The translations under genes were made by a program, and so were the position numbers. A DNA stretch of 29,660 nucleotides. Origin: a virus (taxonomy: Duplodnaviria; Caudoviricetes). This document shows, in pieces, positions 16,331 through 25,691 of the stretch. The stretch is taken from positions 1-29,660 of the IMG/VR virus record IMGVR_UViG_3300025005_000028. One strand, 5' to 3'. The notes under the pieces were generated by a model, which did no database searches, was not told the origin of the DNA, and was given only the letters and a program-made list of their open reading frames with translations. Every line of letters begins with the position of its first letter. The first letter of the stretch is position 1.

Positions 16331-16747
16331 ATGACAACCGCAACCGCAACCGCAACCGCCGCCACCGCCATCAAGCAGCTTGAGGCGATGGGAATCAAAG
16401 ACCTCGAACGTGAGGTGCTGGAAGGACGGGCAAACGCTATGAGCGTTTACCTAATCGTCAAGGCACGCATTGACCGGCGAACGAAGGATGGACGCACTCA
16501 GCTCCGCCCAGTGGTGGAGTTTGCAAACAAGCTGGCAGAGCTGGTGAATTCAACCAACCAAAGCACGCCAGTACCGACGTTCCCTGTGCCGGTCTATACG
16601 CAGCCTGCCCAGCCCAACGCAGCCATCCCTACTGACCCGAGCCAACTCGCTGATGTGATTGTGGCAACTGTAGGACTCTCGAATCTCGCGGAGGTTATCT
16701 CCGCACTCACCGCCCGCATTGTCGGGTCTTCTGCAACTGGCAACTAA
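16331..16747 (+). CDS. Hypothetical protein
   Basis: AGGAG RBS and ATG at 16331; an in-frame (AACCGC)x4 repeat encodes a TA run. Confidence 0.7.
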   Translation: MTTATATATAATAIKQLEAMGIKDLEREVLEGRANAMSVYLIVKARIDRRTKDGRTQLRPVVEFANKLAELVNSTNQSTPVPTFPVPVYTQPAQPNAAIPTDPSQLADVIVATVGLSNLAEVISALTARIVGSSATGN

Positions 16748-16758
16748 GGAGTAACACC

Positions 16759-18726
16759 ATGCCAAACACAGCAATAACCTTGTTTATCGAGGAAGCGAAC
16801 AAGAACGTAACGATGGTATTGAACCGGCTTCCAACCGGCATGACGCCACGTTATCAACCAACCCTCTTTGCAGGCGGGACAGAGATCACTGATCTGGTTA
16901 ATTCGACCACAGACTTCTTCTTGTCTGACCAATTAAAGCATCAAGGTATGTTGGCTCAGGTCTACTCCGTGCTGTCATGCGGTGGACTCAGGCCATCGGA
17001 GACGAAGGATGCCTTGACCAAGATCATCCGAGCCGGTCTTGTTTATGAGGCGGAGGCAAACAACGCCATGGCGGCGTACATCCGTAGCGGTCTGCTATCA
17101 CAGTACAAGCAGCTTAGCTTCCGGTGGTTGTTGAAGGTGATCAGCGTCAACGACATGGCCATGCTGGCCATCAGCTTGAGCAATGCGAGGGTGACTGAGG
17201 CAATCCTTGTTAACAGACTGGTTACAGGCGCTTGGACTAACGCAGCCGGAAACCTCGGCTTCGATGTTACGGCGTGGGTCTCTAGTTTCAAAACCAAGGC
17301 GGAGTCGAAACGTCCAGGAGAAAGCGTCGCCTATATGTGCTCCCATTGGCTTACCGGCCCATTCTTAAACGGGTTCAGTAAAACGCCAAGCTCGGTAAGT
17401 GTTTCCTCTTCATCATTCAGTTCTTTCGTCAACCAAGGAGTAAATCAAATGGCCTCTATCAACACCGCTTCCAATGTCCTGTCCTCTGTGTCCAACCTCA
17501 AGCCTGAGCTGAGCACCCTGATCAACGGTATGTTGACGCAGTTCGGTGTCCCATCAACGCTTGCAGAGCTGGCGGAGAGCGCAGCAAAGGCTGAAGAGTA
17601 CGCCTTGCGTGTGGATGCTGTTGAAGCTCAGGCAACCGCCGCCCAGGAGGCTTCGGATAAGATGATTTCGGAGCTTCGCATCAAGTTGTCGAGCCAATCG
17701 GCCATGCCAACCACAATGGCTATCCCAAGCGCGGCAACCACTATCCCGGACGGGACAATGAGCATGGTTCAAGCATCCGATCTGTTCCCCTTGCTTGCTG
17801 GCACGACACTGATGGTTCCGCACTTCACATGGGACAGCGCCCACCCGGACGTGCCAGCAGTCGATGATGAGTACATCTTCCGCAAGGAGATGCTTATCAA
17901 GGCGCTCCAATGCCTCACCTCAAACGATAACCTCTGGCTTACCGGCCATACGGGTTGTGGCAAGACGACGTTCATTGAACAGATCGCAGCTCGCCTCGGT
18001 TGGCCGGTGGCACGAGTTGCTTTTGATAGCAATGTTGACCGCGCGGAGTTGGTCGGGCGCATGAGTCTGAGCGGAGATGGCAAGGGTGGCACAGTGTCGA
18101 GCTGGCTACCCGGAGTTCTGGAGATCGCCTTGTCACGTGGCTACATCCTGCTTTGCGACGAGCTTGATGCTGGCCATCCCAATGCGCTCTACACACTCCA
18201 GCCAGTGCTTGAGCACAAGGGATTGCTGCTACTGGAGGACGGTGGTCGGCGTGTCCCATTCACTCCCATGGCAAGGGTGTGCGCGACCGGGAATACCACT
18301 GGCAATGGCGACGACTCCGGCTTGTACCCAGCCTGCCGCATCATCTCCGCTGCTACGCTTGATCGCTTCACGACCTTCGTCATGGTTCCGTACATGACTC
18401 ACGATGAGGAGGTCAAGATGATCAACTCGAAGGTGCCTGGGTTGGCTCCGCAACTGGTTGAGGCAATGGTCAAGTTTGCAATCGAGATGCGACAAGCGTT
18501 CGTGACCCACCAGACACCGATCAGCTACTCGCCGCGTCGCTCTGTAGCGTTCGCCCGTGAGGTTCAAGGCCTGATGTTTATGGGGTACACGAATGAGACG
18601 ACGGCACTCACGGCAGCCTTCCGCTCGAAGCTGTACGACGCATCACCCGAAGAGTACCGTCAGCGCATCACTGAACTGGCGAACGCTTGCTTCGGGTCAA
18701 TCGACCCAACCAAGGTTCTTGAGTAA
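16759..18726 (+). CDS. CobS-like MoxR-family AAA+ ATPase with a long N-terminal extension
   Basis: VPAVDDEYIF, Walker A GHTGCGKT, EQIAARLGWP, Walker B LLCDELD, ATGNT.G.GD.SGLY, ATLDRF, SPR. Confidence 0.9.
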   Translation: MPNTAITLFIEEANKNVTMVLNRLPTGMTPRYQPTLFAGGTEITDLVNSTTDFFLSDQLKHQGMLAQVYSVLSCGGLRPSETKDALTKIIRAGLVYEAEANNAMAAYIRSGLLSQYKQLSFRWLLKVISVNDMAMLAISLSNARVTEAILVNRLVTGAWTNAAGNLGFDVTAWVSSFKTKAESKRPGESVAYMCSHWLTGPFLNGFSKTPSSVSVSSSSFSSFVNQGVNQMASINTASNVLSSVSNLKPELSTLINGMLTQFGVPSTLAELAESAAKAEEYALRVDAVEAQATAAQEASDKMISELRIKLSSQSAMPTTMAIPSAATTIPDGTMSMVQASDLFPLLAGTTLMVPHFTWDSAHPDVPAVDDEYIFRKEMLIKALQCLTSNDNLWLTGHTGCGKTTFIEQIAARLGWPVARVAFDSNVDRAELVGRMSLSGDGKGGTVSSWLPGVLEIALSRGYILLCDELDAGHPNALYTLQPVLEHKGLLLLEDGGRRVPFTPMARVCATGNTTGNGDDSGLYPACRIISAATLDRFTTFVMVPYMTHDEEVKMINSKVPGLAPQLVEAMVKFAIEMRQAFVTHQTPISYSPRRSVAFAREVQGLMFMGYTNETTALTAAFRSKLYDASPEEYRQRITELANACFGSIDPTKVLE

Positions 18727-18754
18727 TCACAACATCAACACATAAGGAATCAAA

Positions 18755-21043
18755 ATGAGAGCAGCAATTTTCCAAGACGCTGTTGAATCCAGCGCAAAGG
18801 TAATCGGACGCAAGAATGTTCGAGTGGTTTTCAGTGGCGATCAAGCGTGTACGGATGGCTACACCGTTACCTTGCCATCAATACCGCCATCCCACGAAAT
18901 CACGGTCGATCAGGCAGATGTGATCAGAGGCTACAGAGACCATGAGTCGATGCACGTAAGGTGTACCAACACCTCGAAAGGAACCATCGAAAGGCTGACC
19001 AAGATGACGAAATCAAGCCCCTTGTTGGGTAGCATGGCGCAATACTGTGAGGACATCAGGATTGAGCACGCTGGGGTGCAGGAGTATGCTGGGATGAAGC
19101 ATACCCTGAGCGCCACCAACACTCGCGCAGCCCTTGGTTTGGAGGAAGAGATCATCAAGCACGGAGGGATGGCCGACGTAATGGCTGGTCTCGACGTGCC
19201 TAAAAAGATGCAGATCATTCTGCAAGCGATGGGTCGACGCAAGATAGGGGTGCATTCTCATAGCATCTACGACAAGATGTGCGACGCTGTGAAGGCAGTT
19301 GACCCAGCAACCTATGACCTTGCGGAACGCTTCTCCGACCTCATGGTGGCACTGCCTACGGGCTACAAGGACGGCAAGCTGGATGAAGCTGCAAGCAAGA
19401 AGGGGACTGCTCTGGCGCTAAACCTTGCACAGGAAATCTGCGATGCAATCGACGCGCTCCAACAAGCGCCAGCGGGGCAACCTCCTCAGCCTCCTCAATC
19501 CGACCCTGGTGAAGAGCAAGGCCAGGGGCAGGGGCAGGGCCGAGAGCAGGGACAGGAGCAAGGTGATGGCGGCGACCCGTCCACAGAGCAAGGTCAACCC
19601 GGCGACCAATCAGATGGCAAGGGTGGCAATGGAGAGCAGGGTAACGGCGCCAATGGCCAAGGCGATGGCGGCGATGAGGACGGTGGAACCCAAGGCAGCG
19701 GAGATAGTGGCGGCGAAAGTGAAGGCGATGACAAAGCACCCGGCTCCAGCGATTCGCAAGGAGGAGGGGGTGGTGGAAGCAGCAGCACCACAGAGCAGCA
19801 AGACGGCAAGGCACCGCGAGCCAATGGCGGTGGCGATCACAAGCCAGAGGATGTGAAGCAGGGTGGCTCAGCGAATGCGTCTGGACGTGGGTCAGGTGGT
19901 GTCGTGATGCCGTCGGATGCTCTGTCACAGTTGGATGACTTGTTCAAGAGTGCGCTGAACAGCGTGGTCAATGACATCTCAAACAATGACCCGCTCAAGA
20001 AGAACCGTGTTACCAAGTCGTTCTGCGTTTACTCCCGCAACTTTCAGCAGGTCGTACCCATCATGGATGCTGTGCTCGCTGGCCAGGGTGAGACCGGCAG
20101 TGGGTACAGAACGTCTGCAATCCGTCGCGCCTTATCCATAGCAGATCGGATGAAGTTGGAGATCGCTGGCAAGAGGGCCATGATTCGTCGAGTCCTGGAG
20201 CTTGAGTTGCAAGCGCGCAGTGATCGTCGTTGGGAGTCCGGCTACCGGTCTGGACGCCTTCAGTCAATACGTGTCGTGGATGCAATTCAAGGGCGGGACA
20301 CGGTGTATCAACAGCGCAGAGATGGTAAGGACATGGATACCCTGCTCTTCATCTCTCTGGACGGAAGCCAGTCGATGACGGGCTTGGGTCGTGCGTACAA
20401 TTCTGCCTGCCTTGCGCTTGCGTTGTCGGAGGCTTTGGAGCGTACTGGATGCGACATTATTGTGAGCATGTGGGGAAACATCGCTGTCACGCAGTCACAC
20501 AGTAGCGCGTCAAAGTACACGTCAGCGGATGTCCAAAGGCTCAGAAAATCCGGCGGCTTCGATGAGTATGGCCGACCAGATTGTTCGGATAACAATTATG
20601 TCAGCTCAGGCCTCCTCACTCGCGGTCGAATCAAGGATATACGTCAGTGCGTAAGCGATCCCGTTGTACTGGCCGGGTTCGGAGCCAGCGTTGAGGCGCT
20701 GAACTGCTGTACCCCTGCTTACCACGCCATATTCACTGACCTTGAAGAGCTTTCAAAGCAACGCCACTCCAAGAAAATCTACCTTTTCCTGACGGATGGC
20801 CAAGCTGATACCCTCCCGAGGGCGTTCTCAAAGTCTGCATTGATGAATGAAGCGCATCAGTACGCTGCATCCATTGGAGTCCACATGATTGGGGTTGGTA
20901 TCGGTGGGATGGATGTGAGCCACCTATTTACTGACTCAATATCAGTCCAAGGTTCGGATGCTTATGAGCCGGTCATCCGAAAGCTGGCCAAGCTGGTAGC
21001 AAAGGAGGCAGGCCATGAAGCGGGTTTCCGTCGCGCGGCTTGA
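18755..21043 (+). CDS. CobT-like vWA-domain protein with N-terminal HExxH and acidic Gly-rich linker
   Basis: ACTDG..V.LP, DHESMH, EDIRIE...Y.G; G/Q/D/E-rich linker; MIDAS motif DGSQS, CTP and LTDG. Confidence 0.88.
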   Translation: MRAAIFQDAVESSAKVIGRKNVRVVFSGDQACTDGYTVTLPSIPPSHEITVDQADVIRGYRDHESMHVRCTNTSKGTIERLTKMTKSSPLLGSMAQYCEDIRIEHAGVQEYAGMKHTLSATNTRAALGLEEEIIKHGGMADVMAGLDVPKKMQIILQAMGRRKIGVHSHSIYDKMCDAVKAVDPATYDLAERFSDLMVALPTGYKDGKLDEAASKKGTALALNLAQEICDAIDALQQAPAGQPPQPPQSDPGEEQGQGQGQGREQGQEQGDGGDPSTEQGQPGDQSDGKGGNGEQGNGANGQGDGGDEDGGTQGSGDSGGESEGDDKAPGSSDSQGGGGGGSSSTTEQQDGKAPRANGGGDHKPEDVKQGGSANASGRGSGGVVMPSDALSQLDDLFKSALNSVVNDISNNDPLKKNRVTKSFCVYSRNFQQVVPIMDAVLAGQGETGSGYRTSAIRRALSIADRMKLEIAGKRAMIRRVLELELQARSDRRWESGYRSGRLQSIRVVDAIQGRDTVYQQRRDGKDMDTLLFISLDGSQSMTGLGRAYNSACLALALSEALERTGCDIIVSMWGNIAVTQSHSSASKYTSADVQRLRKSGGFDEYGRPDCSDNNYVSSGLLTRGRIKDIRQCVSDPVVLAGFGASVEALNCCTPAYHAIFTDLEELSKQRHSKKIYLFLTDGQADTLPRAFSKSALMNEAHQYAASIGVHMIGVGIGGMDVSHLFTDSISVQGSDAYEPVIRKLAKLVAKEAGHEAGFRRAA

Positions 21044-21437
21044 GGCCTTGGCTCGAAGAGCGCCCCCTGCGGCTGGACGCAAGTCAATACCAAGCTGGTG
21101 GCGCCCCCTTGCTCCGTCCCGTGGAGCAAGGTTCTGGGCATACGTAGAGTCCATGCGCAAGCTCGCGTCCATCGACCAAGATGACAGAGCTGGCATGGCA
21201 TATCTCATTGACAACTTAAACCGGAGAACGAAGTGGACATCAACGAAATCACCAAAGACTTATCCCGCAAATACAGTGGGGGAATCAATCTCGGGAAAGT
21301 GGCAGAGGATGAGGATGAGGTTATCGGCCTTAGACCAGCCAAGTGCTTCTACACCCCACCGTCGAGCGGGCGCAGAACCACCATCCTCGGAGGCAATGAT
21401 GCCGATCCCCTGCCCAGCAGGCCAAGCGTTAGGATGA
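21015..21437 (+). CDS. Hypothetical protein (3' part overlaps the next ORF)
   Basis: Strong AAGGAGG RBS before ATG 21015; fills the gap after the vWA gene. Confidence 0.45.
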   Translation: MKRVSVARLEALARRAPPAAGRKSIPSWWRPLAPSRGARFWAYVESMRKLASIDQDDRAGMAYLIDNLNRRTKWTSTKSPKTYPANTVGESISGKWQRMRMRLSALDQPSASTPHRRAGAEPPSSEAMMPIPCPAGQALG

Positions 21438-21619
21438 GTGAATACCCCCCCGAGCGACTGGCTAAGATGTTCGACGTGAGAGTGGAGAGGAGCTGGACAT
21501 TCACCGACTTCCTGCTGGCGGTCGGCCTGCCCCGTGACTTGAACGAGCACAAGGATGTGCTGATGTTTAGAGAGGCCAAGCGGGCTTACTTGGACAGGAA
21601 GCAGGCAGCGTATCGCTGA
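21233..21619 (+). CDS. Hypothetical protein
   Basis: GGAG RBS and GTG start; 128 aa with normal composition. Confidence 0.6.
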   Translation: MDINEITKDLSRKYSGGINLGKVAEDEDEVIGLRPAKCFYTPPSSGRRTTILGGNDADPLPSRPSVRMSEYPPERLAKMFDVRVERSWTFTDFLLAVGLPRDLNEHKDVLMFREAKRAYLDRKQAAYR

Positions 21620-21704
21620 AAAAAATTCATCAAACAGTGTTGGATAAGGAAAATGATGATAATCGCAATAGTAAGCAATGGTAAGCATAGAAATGGTGGT
21701 AATT

Positions 21705-22148
21705 ATGAACAGGATCGAACGAGATGTCGCATCTATATTGGCGACGGTTAAGCGGATTGAGTCAACGCTGAACAGCGGGAGTCATGCCGCCAGCTCGGAG
21801 ACAGACGTGCTTAGAGAGCGGCTCATGCACCTGACCATCAAGCGCCACGCTGTGCTGACAGCGACGCTTGGCGGGGTCAGCTACTCTGCCATCGCGCGCA
21901 TGATGCAGTGCGACGAGACGACCGTTAAGCTGCATCTGAAAGCGGCGATGACCGCCTTGGGAGTACAGAACCGGAGCCTATTGCTTGTGTCACACAAGGC
22001 CATGCTGGACGAGATACCGGACAAAGAGTACGCCTCCAGGTACGGCCTCAGCAAGACGTGGTGGCTTGAGCAAAAGCCCGATCTTATGGATGTGCTCAAG
22101 GCATCCAAAGGGACATCCAATCAACACACAAAAGGAGTTGTACCGTGA
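21705..22148 (+). CDS. LuxR-family HTH transcriptional regulator
   Basis: LTIKRHAVL...LGGVSYSAIARMMQCDETTVKLHLKAAMTALGVQNRS. ATG 21705 preferred (GGTGG RBS); the track start is 21678. Confidence 0.85.
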   Translation: MNRIERDVASILATVKRIESTLNSGSHAASSETDVLRERLMHLTIKRHAVLTATLGGVSYSAIARMMQCDETTVKLHLKAAMTALGVQNRSLLLVSHKAMLDEIPDKEYASRYGLSKTWWLEQKPDLMDVLKASKGTSNQHTKGVVP

Positions 22149-22960
22149 CAATCAACAGACTGCTGGCGCACTACGTCAGCGTCAAGGAAGTTCATGCACC
22201 AATGTCTCCGTCTCTGGCGGAGAAGGTCGTGCATTTGCGCCGAGTCTTTGGTGAGTTGCCAGCGGGCACACCAGGCTCGGAGCTGGCAGCCATTGCCAGC
22301 AAGGCATGGGCAGGGAGATCGCCAGGTACGATCAAGAGATACCTTGTCCAGCTTAGGGCCGTGATGACCCGTTGCTTTCGTGATGGGTTGATTCAACGCC
22401 AGCCAGTGATCGACGTTCCATACGTTCACGATACCGTGTACATCGACATCAGCACGGATGAGTTGAAGTCACTGATCTCGTACATCAAATGGGTTGAACC
22501 GAAGTGGTATCCACTCGTGCTGATCTTGTCCCATACAGGAGCGAGATTGAGCGAGGCCATCGCGGTGACGCCTGCAAGTTTCACCAAGCACGGCACCCGC
22601 ATTGCCAAGCCGGTCAACCGGAGAAGCAAGACGATTGACCGCGTCATCCCGTACTCGCACACGTTGCGTGAGGAGGTTGCGTCTGGTGCTATCTTTCGCA
22701 CCGGCATCGTTCCTTCTGGGATCGCAATTGGGTCTGTGTCTACGTGCCTTGGTCGTGTCATTGACGATGCCACCAAGGCGCTAGGATTGCCGCCACTGCG
22801 TGTGCATGACCTGCGCCACGCCTTCGCCTCGGTGCTGGCGGAGCAAGGCGCAGACATCGCTGATTTGGCGTCGGCCCTTGGCCACTCCAGCACTGCGATG
22901 TCTATGCGTTACCGTGGTCTCGTGAAGAGCAGACTGACCGGCATCATCGCGCAGCTTTAG
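22145..22960 (+). CDS. Tyrosine recombinase / integrase
   Basis: HTGARLSEA (R), K, HDLRH (HxxR), LGHS and MRY (catalytic Tyr). Confidence 0.93.
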   Translation: MTINRLLAHYVSVKEVHAPMSPSLAEKVVHLRRVFGELPAGTPGSELAAIASKAWAGRSPGTIKRYLVQLRAVMTRCFRDGLIQRQPVIDVPYVHDTVYIDISTDELKSLISYIKWVEPKWYPLVLILSHTGARLSEAIAVTPASFTKHGTRIAKPVNRRSKTIDRVIPYSHTLREEVASGAIFRTGIVPSGIAIGSVSTCLGRVIDDATKALGLPPLRVHDLRHAFASVLAEQGADIADLASALGHSSTAMSMRYRGLVKSRLTGIIAQL

Positions 22961-23426
22961 CGCTGCGTTTTTTGACAGCGCCCTTGGCCTCGCGCAGCTT
23001 CTGTGCTGCCTTCGCCTTGGCTTCTTTCGCCTTCAACTTGAGGGACGCGATACGCGCGCGCGAGACCTCTCGTTTTTCAGCGGCGTGAATCTTTTTCAAC
23101 TCCGATCTGAATCGACGGAGAAGACTTGATTGCGTCTTGTACTTCCCCTTCCTACCTCCTGCCATCATGTTCAGGCACATCGGGTCTGCAAGGTGTTCAT
23201 GCTGGACAATCCGCTCCTCTGCCAAGTAGGCTTCCTCCTCGGTGTCAAAGGTTTCGAGGATGCTTGTCGTCCACGTTGACTGGTCGTACCCAGGCCATGT
23301 CAGCGCCAGCTTGTAGCGTACTCCCGACCCTGTATATCTCCCGGAAAGAACAAGTTCAGTCCTGCCCTTTCCATGGTAATGAAGCCCGCTTGGGTGAGTG
23401 GTTTTGTAAGTACACCACGGCTTCAT
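22944..23426 (-). CDS. GIY-YIG (Seg-like) endonuclease with a basic C-terminal tail
   Basis: ATG at 23426 (ATGA overlap); CTYKTT....YHGK, Y.GSG, ILETFDTEEEAYLAE, CLN...GG. Confidence 0.75.
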   Translation of the reverse strand: MKPWCTYKTTHPSGLHYHGKGRTELVLSGRYTGSGVRYKLALTWPGYDQSTWTTSILETFDTEEEAYLAEERIVQHEHLADPMCLNMMAGGRKGKYKTQSSLLRRFRSELKKIHAAEKREVSRARIASLKLKAKEAKAKAAQKLREAKGAVKKRSAKAAR

Positions 23427-23653
23427 GTCAGGTCTTTCACGTCCTCTTCGAGCAGGGCGTAGTAGATCGCCTTGGCGTAGGCTAGTGCATCGCGTGAGAT
23501 GCTTTTCCCTTTGAGGTTGTCCACGCTCCACGTCACAGTGCCATCATCATCAAAGGATGCGCAGACAACGGCCTCGCTCCCATCTTCAGATTTGATTTTG
23601 GTGATTGTGATTGCGTTGCAAATTTCAATGTTTATTGATCTAACGACTGTCAT
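23423..23653 (-). CDS. Hypothetical protein
   Basis: 76 aa, ATGA overlaps at both ends. Confidence 0.7.
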   Translation of the reverse strand: MTVVRSINIEICNAITITKIKSEDGSEAVVCASFDDDGTVTWSVDNLKGKSISRDALAYAKAIYYALLEEDVKDLT

Positions 23654-25629
23654 TTTTTGTCCCCAATTTTATATACCCATGATTTGACTGTCGGCTGAGA
23701 TACGCCCGTTTTGAGGCTGATGTCTTCAATCGAACACCCTTTGCGATTTAACGCGATCACCTTTTGGATAGGTGTCAGGCTGTGTACCGTTCGCCACCCC
23801 CCCGTGGACGATGATTGAGCTAGACCAACATAGGTCGTAACATTATTATCAGTTGCTTTTCTGGTCTTCCCAAAAGCAACTTCAAATACCATCTTGATTT
23901 TGAAGTCTTCTGTAAGAGTGCGCTCCAGATAAGCCCATGCTGTTGTCTGATTGCCCGCAAAATCTGCTACAAAAGTTGCAGCATCCGGCATGGCTGCCTC
24001 ACGCTTTGCTTGCTCTGTATCCTGCACGACTTTGGTGATGATGATCTGCACATCCAAGTCCTTGAGCTGGGCCGTGCTGCCAGCCTCGCGCCCATGGCCC
24101 GTCATTGTGGGTTTGTTGCGGTGATGCACCAGTATCACGCTCATTCCAGCGTTTCGGCACGCCATCGCCAGCTCGTTGACACGCACCCACGAATGAGGGG
24201 AGTTCTCATCCATCCCTGACCACGCTTGCCGGACGGTGTCAATGATGACGAGTTGAGGCTTGACTTCGTTGATCATCTCTTGCAGACGTTGCACAGAGTC
24301 AGGCTCAGACAGCGGCATGGAGTCATCAGCAGCGCTGGCGTTCCAGATTACCAGCTCGTCGCTCATCGGCCCCATGGATTGATCGCACCAATCCACTCGC
24401 TCGTGCAGAGTAGTGATGCTGCCCTCAAAATCCAAGTACAGGGTACGCACTTTGCTTGTGCAATACCCGCTTCCAAAGCTCTCCCCTCTCGACGCTGCCC
24501 AGATCGTATGCAACAGCCACAAACTCTTCCCGTGGCCATTGAAGCCGACTACTTGAATGATGGAGTTTGGCGGCACGTATGGGTCGATCAAGAATCCACT
24601 CTCGCCAGCCATCTTTTTCAGTTCTCCAAGCGTGCTTGGCTTGATCAGACGAAGTACGCCCCGTTTCTTGTCTTGCTTCTCCCTGACCACCTGAATCGCT
24701 GCGTGCTTCTCTGGGTGATTGCGCTTGTCTGCGGCCAGCAGCGATGTCAGCGCGGCCTCTGACTCCGATATCGGTAGCACCGGGTCAAAGAACTCAGTCT
24801 GAAATTGCACGCTGGCATTCCGCAGCTCGACATCAGACATGCTCGACGAAATGCACTCTCCGATGTAGCGCACCAACCAGTTGTTGCGACCATCGCCGTC
24901 GTGCATCTTGCGCCCCATGCCAGCCACCCGATCACTGGCTTGCTTCCAGACCCCCTCTCCGTAGGTTCTTACGGCAGAAAGATTGAGCGAATCGAAGCTC
25001 CACTCACCCATGGGCACGGGTGCTGGCTCGACTCGCTTACTGATGCCTGGCCAGATCGGCAGAGAGGAAGAAAAGTTTTCGATCTCTTCGTCCGGGCAGT
25101 TGTAGGCGTACTGATGCACAAACTTTCCGTCGCCATCAAACTTGATACTTGGCGGCGCGACGACATATCCTCCATCAGCCCTTAGATCAACGCCATGCGG
25201 AGCTATCCATTCCGCGCCCGAGCCGCCGACTTGGCACTGCACCCGCGCAATGCCGTCAGGATACCGAAAATAGAAGTGCTGACCTCTCGTTGTACGGGTG
25301 CTAAGAAGACTGAACAATGACGCCTCGCCCAAGGCGTAATTGATTGCATCCTGATTGTCACAGTCAAGCACTACCAGACCACTGATCTTTCCGGTGAGTA
25401 CAGCCCAGCCAAAAATTTTTGTCAGGCCGCCATGCCCATCTGGCACGCCATCCTCAAGCCAGCTCTCTACCTGCTCTTCACTTGCGGGTGTCGTTTGGTA
25501 ATCCTTCCAAGTGACCGCTGGCTTTTTTTGAGATAAGTGCATGGGGATGATTGACCACCCCAAGCTGAGGTACAGATAGCCCATTTTTCTGAGCTGTGAT
25601 CTGTATGCGTCTTGTGCTTCTTTGTCCAT
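23650..25629 (-). CDS. Bifunctional primase-polymerase (Prim-Pol + PriCT-like) fused to an AAA_25/RepA-type helicase and C-terminal HTH
   Basis: GWSIIP, VLDCD, TTRGQHFYF, DLRADGGYVVAPPS, GDGRNNWL; Walker A GFNGHGKS, Walker B IIDT, LVHHRNK, AGS; SIEDISLKTGVSQPTVKSW. Confidence 0.92.
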   Translation of the reverse strand: MDKEAQDAYRSQLRKMGYLYLSLGWSIIPMHLSQKKPAVTWKDYQTTPASEEQVESWLEDGVPDGHGGLTKIFGWAVLTGKISGLVVLDCDNQDAINYALGEASLFSLLSTRTTRGQHFYFRYPDGIARVQCQVGGSGAEWIAPHGVDLRADGGYVVAPPSIKFDGDGKFVHQYAYNCPDEEIENFSSSLPIWPGISKRVEPAPVPMGEWSFDSLNLSAVRTYGEGVWKQASDRVAGMGRKMHDGDGRNNWLVRYIGECISSSMSDVELRNASVQFQTEFFDPVLPISESEAALTSLLAADKRNHPEKHAAIQVVREKQDKKRGVLRLIKPSTLGELKKMAGESGFLIDPYVPPNSIIQVVGFNGHGKSLWLLHTIWAASRGESFGSGYCTSKVRTLYLDFEGSITTLHERVDWCDQSMGPMSDELVIWNASAADDSMPLSEPDSVQRLQEMINEVKPQLVIIDTVRQAWSGMDENSPHSWVRVNELAMACRNAGMSVILVHHRNKPTMTGHGREAGSTAQLKDLDVQIIITKVVQDTEQAKREAAMPDAATFVADFAGNQTTAWAYLERTLTEDFKIKMVFEVAFGKTRKATDNNVTTYVGLAQSSSTGGWRTVHSLTPIQKVIALNRKGCSIEDISLKTGVSQPTVKSWVYKIGDKK

Positions 25630-25662
25630 GTTGCCCTTTCAAAAAATAAATTTCACTGCTCG

Positions 25663-25691
25663 TTGCAGTTGCTTGAATTGTGTCATAGAAT
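25663..25691 (+). promoter_or_regulatory. sigma70-like promoter in a divergent AT-rich intergenic region
   Basis: TTGCAG-N17-TAGAAT. Confidence 0.6.

Noticed and set aside
16336-16359. (AACCGC)x4 as a phase-variation switch
   Set aside because: A 6-nt unit keeps the reading frame and would only change a Thr-Ala run.
16759-21043. Cobalamin biosynthesis auxiliary metabolic genes
   Set aside because: No cobN or other cob genes are present; the similarity reflects the MoxR/vWA family rather than the pathway.
21652-21670. Fur box
   Set aside because: Only 13/19 match in AT-rich DNA, and the overlapping TTGC-N8-GCAA motif explains the site better.
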